NCBI GenBank assembly: GCA_964016885.1
Contig: CAXHJY010001472.1
Span: forward strand, 930,001-994,000
Reading direction: 5' to 3'
DNA from: Eledone cirrhosa
Lineage: Eukaryota
DNA length: 64,000 nucleotides
In this document: piece after piece, positions 54,407-64,000 of the stretch
Numbering within the stretch: the first letter of the stretch is position 1
How the letters are laid out: each line of letters begins with the position of its first letter
Made by a program: the position numbers and the translations under genes
The notes under the pieces: generated by a model
Database searches by the model: none
The model's input: the letters and a program-made list of their open reading frames with translations, nothing else
What the model was told of the DNA's origin: nothing

Positions 54407-57400
54407 GGCTAGAAATTACCTCTCCTTGGACGGCTGAAAATTATCTCCCCTTGGACGGCTGCAAATTATCTCCCCTTGATTTTTTTTACAAATTATCTCC
54501 CCCTGATTTTTTTTTACAAATTATCTACCCCTGATTTTTTTTACAAATTATCTCCCCCTGATTTTTTTTTACAAATTATCTCCCCCTGATTTTTTTTTAC
54601 AAATTATCTCCCCCTGATTTTTTTACAAATTATCTCCCACTGATTTTTTTTACAATCTCCGCCTGATTTTTTAAAAAATAATCTTCCCTTGGCTGGCGGG
54701 AAATTATCTCCCCTTGGACGGCTGGAAATTATCTCCCCTTGGAAGGATAGAAATTATCTCCCCTTGGACGGCTGGAAATTATCTCCCCTTGCACGGCTGG
54801 AAATTATCTCCCCTTGGACAGCTGGAAATTATCTGCCCTTGATTTTGTTTTTACAAATTATCTCCCCCTGATTTTTTTTACAAATTATCTCCACCTGATT
54901 TTTTAAAAAATTATCTCCCCTTGGACGGCTGGAAATTATCTCACCTTGGCTGGAAATTATCTCCCCTTGTACGGCTAGAAATTATCTCTCTTTGGACGGC
55001 TGGAAATTATCTCCCTTTGATTTTTTTTACAAATTATCTCCCTCTGATTTTTTTTACAAATCTCCCCCTGATTTTTAAAAAAAAATTATCTCCCCTTCGC
55101 TGGCTGGAAATTATCTCCCCTTGGACACTGGAAATTATAGCCCCTTGGAGGGCTGGAAATTATCTTCCCTTAGACGGCTGGAAATTATCTCCCCTTGATT
55201 TTTTTTACAAATTATCTCCCCCTGATATTTTTTTTACAAATTATCTCCCCCTGATTTTTTTACAAATTATCTCCCCCTGATTTTTTTTACAAATTATCTC
55301 CGCCTGATTTTTTTAAATATTATCTTCCCTTGGCTGGCGGGAAATTATCTCCCCTTGGACGGTTGGAAATTATCTCCCCTTGCACTGCTGGAAATTATCT
55401 CCCCTTGGACGGCTGGAAATTATCTCCCCTTGCACGGCTGGAAATTATCATCCCCTTGGACGGCTGAAAATTATCTCCCCTTGATTTTTTTTTACAAATT
55501 ATCTGCCCCTGATTTTTTTTTACAAATTATCTCCCCCTGATTTTTTTTACAAATTATCTCCGCCTGATTTTTAAAAAAAAATTATCTCCCCTTAGACGGC
55601 TGGAAATTATCTCCCCTTGGACGGCTGGAAATTATCTCCCCTTGGACGGCTAGAAATTGGACGGCTGAAAATTATCTCCCCTTGGACGGCTGCAAATTAT
55701 CTCCCCTTGATTTTTTTTACAAATTATCTCCCCCTGATTTTTTTTTACAAATTATCTCCCCCTGATTTTTTTTTTACAAATTATCTCCCCCTGATTTTTT
55801 TACAAATTATCTCCCCCTGATTTTTTTTACAATCTCCGCCTGATTTTTTAAAAAATTATCTTCCCTTGGCTGGCGGGAAATTATCTCCCCTTGGACGGCT
55901 GGAAATTATCTCCCCTTGGCTGGAAATTATCTCCCCTTGGACACTGGAAATTATAGCCCCTTGGAGGGCTGGAAATTATCTTCCCTTGGACGGCTGGAAA
56001 TTATCTCCCCTTGATTTTTTTACAAATTATCTGCCCCTGATTTTTTTTTACAAATTATCTCCCCCTGATTTTTTTTTACAAATTATCTACCCCTGATTTT
56101 TTTTACAAATTATCTCCCCCTGATTTTTTTTTTACAAATTATCTCCCCCTGATTTTTTTAAAAATGATCTCCCCTTGGACGGCTGGAAATGATCTCCCCT
56201 TGGCTGGTTGGAAATTATCTCCCCTTGGACCGCTAGAAATTATCTCTCCTTGGACGGCTGGAAATTATTTCCCCTTGATTTTTTTTACAAATCTCCCCCT
56301 AATTTAAAAAAAAATTATCTCCCCTTCGCTGGCTGGAAATTATCTCCCTTTGGACGGCTGGAAATTATAGCCCCTTGTAGGGCTGGAAATTATCTCCCCT
56401 TGGACGGCTGGAAATTATCTCCCCTTGATTTTTTTTACAAATTATCTCCCCCTGATTTTTTTAAAAATGACCTCCCCTTGGACGGCTGGAAATGATCTCC
56501 CCTTGGCTGGTTGGAAATTATCTCCCCTTGGACCGCTAGAAATTATCTCTCCTTGGATGGCTGGAAATTATCTCCCCTTGATTTTTCTACAAATTATCTC
56601 CCCCTGATTTTTTTTACAAATCTCCCAGTGATTTTTAAAAAAAATTTTCTCCCCTTCGCTGGCTGGAAATTATCTCCCCTTGGACGCTGGAAATTATAGC
56701 CCCTTGGAAGGCTGGAAATTATCTTCCCTTGGACGGCTGGAAATTATCTCCCCTTGATTTTTTTTTACAAATTATCTCCCCCTGATTTTTTTTTTACAAA
56801 TTATCTCCCCCTGATTTTTTTTAACAAATTATCTCCGCCTGATTTTTTTAAAAAAATTATCTCCCCTTGGACGGCTGGAAATTATCTCCCCTTGGACGGC
56901 TGGAAATTATCTCCCCTTGGACGGCTAGAAATTACCTCTCCTTGGACGGCTGAAAATTATCTCCCCTTGGACGGCTGCAAATTATCTCCCCTTGATTTTT
57001 TTTACAAATTATCTCCCCTTGATTTTTTTTTATAAATTATCTCCCCCTGATTTTTTTTACAAATTATCTTCCCTTGGACGGCTGGAAATTATCTCCCCTT
57101 GGAAGGATGGAAATTATCTCCCCTTGGACGGCTGGAAATTATCTCCCCTTGCACGGCTGGAAATTATCTCCCCTTGGACAGCTGGAAATTATCTGCCCTT
57201 GATTTTTTTTTACAAATTATCTCCCCCTGATTTTTTTTTACAAATTATCTCCCCCTGATTTTTTTTTTACAAATTATCTCCGCCTGATTTTTTTTTAAAT
57301 TATCTCCCCTTGGACGGCTGGAAATTATCTCCCCTTGGACGGCTGGAAATTATCTTCCCTTGGACGGCTAGAAATTACCTCTCCTTGGACGGCTGAAAAT

Positions 57401-60400
57401 TATCTCCCCTTGGACGGCTGGAAATTATCTCCCCTTGATTTTTTTACAAATTATCTGCCCCTGATTTTTTTTTACAAATTATCTCCCCCTGATTTTTTTT
57501 TACAAATTATCTCCCCCTGATTTTTTTTTACTAATTATCTCCCCCTGATTTTTTTTTTACAAATTATCTCCCCCTGATTTTTTTACAAATTATCTCGCCC
57601 TGATTTTTTTTACAATCTCCGCCTGATTTTTAAAAAAATTATCTTCCCTTGGCTGGCGGGAAATTATCTCCCCTTGGACGGCTGGAAATTATCTCCCCTT
57701 GGCTGGAAATTATCTCCCCTTGGACACTGGAAATTATAGCCCCTTGGAGGGCTGGAAATTATCTTCCCTTGGACGGCTGGAAATTATCTCCTCTTGATTT
57801 TTTTACAAATTATCTGCCCCTGATTTTTTTTTTACAAATTATCTCCCCCTGATTTTTTTTTACAAATTATCTACCCCTGATTTTTTTTACAAATTATCTC
57901 CCCCTGATTTTTTTTTTACAAATTATCTCCCCCTGATTTTTTTAAAAATGATCTCCCCTTGGACGGCTGGAAATGATCTCCCCTTGGCTGGTTGGAAATT
58001 ATCTCCCCTTGGACCGCTAGAAATTATCTCTCCTTGGACGGCTGGAAATTATTTCCCCTTGATTTTTTTTACAAATCTCCCCCTAATTTAAAAAAAAATT
58101 ATCTCCCCTTCGCTGGCTGGAAATTATCTCCCTTTGGACGGCTGGAAATTATAGCCCCTTGTAGGGCTGGAAATTATCTCCCCTTGGACGGCTGGAAATT
58201 ATCTCCCCTTGATTTTTTTTACAAATTATCTCCACCTGATTTTTTTAAAAATGATCTCTCCTTGGACGGCTGGAAATTATCTCCCCTTGATTTTTTTACA
58301 AATTATCTCGTCCTGATTTTTTTTACAAATCTCCCAGTGATTTTTAAAAAAAAATTATCTCCCCTTCGCTGGCTGGAAATTATCTCACCTTGGACGCTGG
58401 AAATTATAGCCCCTTGGAGGGCTGGAAATTATCTTCACTTGGACGGCTGGAAATTATCTCCCCTTGATTTTTTTTACAAATTATCTCCCCCTGATTTTTT
58501 TTTACAAATTATCTCCCCCGGATTTTTTTTTATAAATTATCTCCCCCTGATTTTTTTTAACAAATTATCTCCGCCTGATTTTTAAAAAAAAATTATCTCC
58601 CCTTAGACGGCTGGAAATTATCTCCCCTTGGACGGCTGGAAATTATCTCCCCTTGGACGGCTAGAAATTGGACGGCTGAAAATTATCTCCCCTTGGACGG
58701 CTGCAAATTATCTCCCCTTGATTTTTTTTACAAATTATCTCCCCCTGATTTTTTTTTACAAATTATCTCCCCCTGATTTTTTTTTACAAATTATCTCCCC
58801 CTGATTTTTTTTTACAAATTATCTCCCCCTGATTTTTTTTTACAAATTATCTCCCCCTGATTTTTTTTTACAAATTATCTCCCCCTGATTTTTTTTTTAC
58901 AAATTATCTCCCCCTGATTTTTTTACAAATTATCTCCCCCTGATTTTTTTTACAATCTCCGCCTGATTTTTTAAAAAATGATCTCCCCTTGGACGGCTGG
59001 AAATGATCTCCCCTTGGCTGGTTGGAAATTATCTCCCCTTGGACCGCTAGAAATTATCTCTCCTTGGACGGCTGGAAATTATCTCCCCTTGATTTTTTTA
59101 CAAATTATCTCCCCCTGATTTTTTTTACAAATCTCCCAGTGATTTTTTAAAAAAAATTATCTCCCCTTCGCTGGCTGGAAATTATCTCCCCTTGGACGCT
59201 GGAAATTATAGCCCCCTTGGAGGGCTGGAAATTATCTTCCCTTGGACGGCTGGAAATTATCTCCCCTTGATTTTTTTTACAAATTATCTCCCCCTGATTT
59301 TTTTTTACAAATTATCTCCGCCTGATTTTTAAAAAAAATTATCTCCCCTTGGACGGCTGGAATTATCTCCACTTGGACGGCTGGAAATTATCTCCCCTTG
59401 GACGGCTAGAAATTACCTCTCCTTGGACGGCTGAAAATTATCTCCCCTTGGACGGCTGCAAATTATCTCCCCTTGATTTTTTTTACAAATTATCTCCCCC
59501 TGATTTTTTTTTACAAATTATCTACCCCTGATTTTTTTTACAAATTATCTCCCCCTGATTTTTTTTTACAAATTATCTCCCCCTGATTTTTTTTTACAAA
59601 TTATCTCCCCCTGATTTTTTTACAAATTATCTCCCCCTGATTTTTTTTACAATCTCCGCCTGATTTTTTAAAAAATAATCTTCCCTTGGCTGGCGGGAAA
59701 TTATCTCCCCTTGGACGGCTGGAAATTATCTCCCCTTGGAAGGATAGAAATTATCTCCCCTTGGACGGCTGGAAATTATCTCCCCTTGCACGGCTGGAAA
59801 TTATCTCCCCTTGGACAGCTGGAAATTATCTGCCCTTGATTTTGTTTTTACAAATTATCTCCCCCTGATTTTTTTTACAAATTATCTCCACCTGATTTTT
59901 TAAAAAATTATCTCCCCTTGGACGGCTGGAAATTATCTCCCCTTGGCTGGAAATTATCTCCCCTTGGACGGCTAGAAATTATCTCTCTTTGGACGGCTGG
60001 AAATTATCTCCCTTTGATTTTTTTTACAAATTATCTCCCTCTGATTTTTTTTACAAATCTCCCCCTGATTTTTAAAAAAAAATTATCTCCCCTTCGCTGG
60101 CTGGAAATTATCTCCCCTTGGACACTGGAAATTATAGCCCCTTGGAGGGCTGGAAATTATCTTCCCTTGGACGGCTGGAAATTATCTCCCCTTGATTTTT
60201 TTTACAAATTATCTCCCCCTGATATTTTTTTTACAAATTATCTCCCCCTGATTTTTTTACAAATTATCTCCCCCTGATTTTTTTTACAAATTATCTCCGC
60301 CTGATTTTTTTAAATATTATCTTCCCTTGGCTGGCGGGAAATTATCTCCCCTTGGACGGTTGGAAATTATCTCCCCTTGCACTGCTGGAAATTATCTCCC

Positions 60401-62465
60401 CTTGGACGGCTGGAAATTATCTCCCCTTGATTTTTTTTTACAAATTATCTGCCCCTGATTTTTTTTTACAAATTATCTCCCCCTGATTTTTTTTTACAAA
60501 TTATCTCCGCCTGATTTTTAAAAAAAAATTATCTCCCCTTAGACGGCTGGAAATTATCTCCCCTTGGACGGCTGGAAATTATCTCCCCTTGGACGGCTAG
60601 AAATTGGACGGCTGAAAATTATCTCCCCTTGGACGGCTGCAAATTATCTCCCCTTGATTTTTTTTACAAATTATCTCCCCCTGATTTTTTTTTACAAATT
60701 ATCTCCCCCTGATTTTTTTTTTACAAATTATCTCCCCCTGATTTTTTTACAAATTATCTCCCCCTGATTTTTTTTACAATCTCCGCCTGATTTTTTAAAA
60801 AATTATCTTCCCTTGGCTGGCGGGAAATTATCTCCCCTTGGACGGCTGGAAATTATCTTCCCTTGGCTGGAAATTATCTCCCCTTGGACACTGGAAATTA
60901 TAGCCCCTTGGAGGGCTGGAAATTATCTTCCCTTGGACGGCTGGAAATTATCTCCCCTTGATTTTTTTACAAATTATCTGCCCCTGATTTTTTTTTACAA
61001 ATTATCTCCCCCTGATTTTTTTTTACAAATTATCTACCCCTGATTTTTTTTACAAATTATCTCCCCCTGATTTTTTTTTTACAAATTATCTCCCCCTGAT
61101 TTTTTTAAAAATGATCTCCCCTTGGACGGCTGGAAATGATCTCCCCTTGGCTGGTTGGAAATTATCTCCCCTTGGACCGCTAGAAATTATCTCCCCTTGG
61201 ACGGCTGGAAATTATCTCCCCTTGGTTGGAAATTATCTCCCCTTGGACGGCTAGAAATTATCTCTGTTTGGACGGCTGGAAATTATCTCCCTTTGATTTT
61301 TTTAACAAATTATCTCCCTCTGATTTTTTTTACAAATCTCCCCCTGATTTTTTTAAAAAAATTATCTCCCCTTCGCTGGCTGGAAATTATCTCCCCTTGG
61401 ACACTGGAAATTATAGCCCCCTGGAGGGCTGGAAATTATCTTCCCTTGGACGGCTGGAAATTATCTCCCCTTGATTTTTTTTACAAATTATCTCCCCCTG
61501 ATTTTTTTTTTACAAATTATCTCCCCCTGATTTTTTTTACAAATTATCTCCCCCTGATTTTTTTACAAATTATCTCCGCCTGATTTTTTTAAAAATTATC
61601 TTCCCTTGGCTGGCGGGAAATTATCTCCCCTTGGACGGCTGGAAATTATCTCCCCTTGGAAGGATGGAAATTATCTCCCCTTGGACAGCTGGAAATTATC
61701 TCCCCTTGGACGGCTGAAAATTATCTCCCCTTGATTTTTTTTTTACAAATTATCTCCCCCTGATTTTTTTTTACAAATTATCTCCCCCTGATTTTTTTTT
61801 TACAAATTATCTCTCCCTGATTTTTTTTTACAAATATCTCCCCTTGGCTGGCTGGAAATTATCTCCCCTTGGACGGTTGGAAATTATCTCCCCTTGGACG
61901 GCTGGAAATTATCTCCCCTTGGACGGCTGGAAATTATCTCCTCTTGGACGGCTGGAAATTATCTCCCCTTGGACGGCTGGAAATTATCTGCCCTTGATTT
62001 TTTTTTACAAATTATCTCCCCCTGATTTTTTTAAAAATGATCTCCCCTTGGACGGCTGGAAATGATCTCCCCTTGGCTGGTTGGAAATTATCTCCCCTTG
62101 GACCGCTAGAAATTATCTCTCCTTGGACGGCTGGAAATTATCTCCCTTTGATTTTTTTACAAATTATCTCGTCCTGATTTTTTTTACAAATCTCCCAGTG
62201 ATTTTTAAAAAAAAATTATCTCCCCTTCGCTGGCTGGAAATTATCTCACCTTGGACGCTGGAAATTATAGCCCCTTGGAGGGCTGGAAATTATCTTCACT
62301 TGGACGGCTGGAAATTATCTCCCCTTGATTTTTTTTACAAATTATCTCCCCCTGATTTTTTTTTACAAATTATCTCCCCCGGATTTTTTTTTATAAATTA
62401 TCTCCCCCTGATTTTTTTTAACAAATTATCTCCGCCTGATTTTTAAAAAAAAATTATCTCCCCTT
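52435..62465. repeat. ~10-kb block matching ~38110-48167 (third copy of the distal half of the large repeat)
   Basis: ORF offset is 14326 (38632/52958 to 43666/57992), then 14298 after loss of one 28-bp B monomer near 58820 (45051/59349 to 47783/62081). Confidence 0.88.
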
Positions 62466-64000
62466 AGACGGCTGGAAATTATCTCCCCTTGGACGGCTGG
62501 AAATTATCTCCCCTTGGACGGCTAGAAATTGGACGGCTGAAAATTATCTCCCCTTGGACGGCTGCAAATTATCTCCCCTTGATTTTTTTTACAAATTATC
62601 TCCCCCTGATTTTTTTTTACAAATTATCTCCCCCTGATTTTTTTTTACAAATTATCTCCCCCTGATTTTTTTTTACAAATTATCTACCCCTGATTTTTTT
62701 TTACAAATTATCTCCCCCTGATTTTTTTTTACAAATTATCTCCCCCTGATTTTTTTTTACAAATTATCTCCCCCTGATTTTTTTTTTACAAATTATCTCC
62801 CCCTGATTTTTTTACAAATTATCTCCCCCTGATTTTTTTTACAATCTCCGCCTGATTTTTTAAAAAATGATCTCCCCTTGGACGGCTGGAAATGATCTCC
62901 CCTTGGCTGGTTGGAAATTATCTCCCCTTGGACCGCTAGAAATTATCTCTCCTTGGACGGCTGGAAATTATCTCCCCTTGATTTTTTTACAAATTATCTC
63001 CCCCTGATTTTTTTTACAAATCTCCCAGTGATTTTTTAAAAAAAATTATCTCCCCTTCGCTGGCTGGAAATTATCTCCCCTTGGACGCTGGAAATTATAG
63101 CCCCCTTGGAGGGCTGGAAATTATCTTCCCTTGGACGGCTGGAAATTATCTCCCCTTGATTTTTTTACAAATTATCTCCCCCTGATTTTTTTTTACAAAT
63201 TATCTCCGCCTGATTTTTAAAAAAAAATTATCTCCCCTTGGACGGCTGGAATTATCTCCCCTTGGACGGCTGGAAATTATCTCCCCTTGGACGGCTAGAA
63301 ATTACCTCTCCTTGGACGGCTGAAAATTATCTCCCCTTGGACGGCTGCAAATTATCTCCCCTTGATTTTTTTTACAAATTATCTCCCCCTGATTTTTTTT
63401 TACAAATTATCTACCCCTGATTTTTTTTACAAATTATCTCCCCCTGATTTTTTTTTACAAATTATCTCCCCCTGATTTTTTTTTACAAATTTACTCCCCC
63501 TGATTTTTTTACAAATTATCTCCCCCTGATTTTTTTTACAATCTCCGCCTGATTTTTTAAAAAATAATCTTCCCTTGGCTGGCGGGAAATTATCTCCCCT
63601 TGGACGGCTGGAAATTATCTCCTCTTGGAAGGATAGAAATTATCTCCCCTTGGACGGCTGGAAATTATCTCCCCTTGCACGGCTGGAAATTATCTCCCCT
63701 TGGACAGCTGGAAATTATCTGCCCTTGATTTTGTTTTTACAAATTATCTCCCCCTGATTTTTTTTACAAATTATCTCCACCTGATTTTTTAAAAAATTAT
63801 CTCCCCTTGGACGGCTGGAAATTATCTCCCCTTGGCTGGAAATTATCTCCCCTTGGACGGCTAGAAATTATCTCTCTTTGGACGGCTGGAAATTATCTCC
63901 CTTTGATTTTTTTTACAAATTATCTCCCTCTGATTTTTTTTACAAATCTCCCCCTGATTTTTAAAAAAAAATTATCTCCCCTTCGCTGGCTGGAAATTAT

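Larger units (their letters stand above)
1..64000. repeat. Complex two-monomer tandem satellite array (25-bp type A and 26-30-bp type B sharing a 16-bp core); open at both window ends
   Basis: AAATTATCTCCCC(T/C)TG recurs every 25-30 bp from base 1 to 64000, followed by either GACGGCTGG (A) or A-Tn-AC (B). All monomers are head-to-tail on one strand and no interrupting sequence was seen. Confidence 0.99.

Noticed and set aside
153-63757. All ORFs in the track (60-197 aa; KLSPLGRLEIISPWTAGNYLPLDGW-type peptides)
   Set aside because: The 25-bp A monomer has no stop codon in any plus-strand frame, so A runs are trivially open. The starts checked are TTG, the same peptide appears in all frames, and T-tract length shifts frame at random. 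Minus-strand ORFs are absent because GATAAT supplies a TAA in each monomer.
1-64000. CRISPR-like repeat-spacer array
   Set aside because: Spacers are only ~9-14 bp and of two recurring kinds rather than unique. The 16-bp repeat is too short and there are no cas genes or leader.
1-64000. Telomerase-synthesised long telomeric repeat (as in 23-25-bp yeast repeats)
   Set aside because: It does not match telomeric repeats I know, and two monomer types with kilobase-scale duplicated variant patterns indicate recombinational amplification. A recombination-maintained subtelomeric location is not excluded.
1-64000. G-quadruplex or i-motif array from the G4-G5 runs on the minus strand
   Set aside because: G runs are separated by more than 20 nt, far beyond typical stable loop lengths.
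1-64000. Plasmid iterons or DnaA boxes
   Set aside because: TTATCTCCC differs from TTATCCACA at several positions, no rep gene is present, and the scale is far beyond an origin.
1-64000. Whole window as a sequencing or assembly artefact
   Set aside because: Hierarchically shared variants and copy-private SNPs are consistent with real descent. Individual duplications still need read-level confirmation.

Overview
The whole 64 kb is one uninterrupted, single-orientation complex tandem satellite. I found no unique sequence, credible gene, transposon or inversion. It contains roughly 2,400 monomers (estimated from 64 kb at about 26.5 bp each) that share a 16-bp core, AAATTATCTCCCC(T/C)TG. There are two monomer types: a 25-bp GC-rich type A (AAATTATCTCCCCTTGGACGGCTGG) and a 26-30-bp T-tract type B (AAATTATCTCCCCCTGA-T7..11-AC). 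Runs of A alternate with runs of B, usually closed by a TnAn linker, in cycles of about 145-420 bp. These cycles are nested in higher-order repeats readable from constant ORF offsets and diagnostic SNPs: a 6,060-bp unit, an 8.33-kb tandem duplication, an inferred 20,057-bp tandem duplication whose two copies each gained a private duplication (2,140 and 973 bp), and a ~10-kb block recurring at a 14.3-kb offset. The minus strand of the core carries a canonical GATA site (AGATAA). All listed ORFs are artefacts of translating the repeat. A eukaryotic heterochromatic, centromeric or subtelomeric origin is an inference; I cannot identify the organism or match the repeat to a named family.
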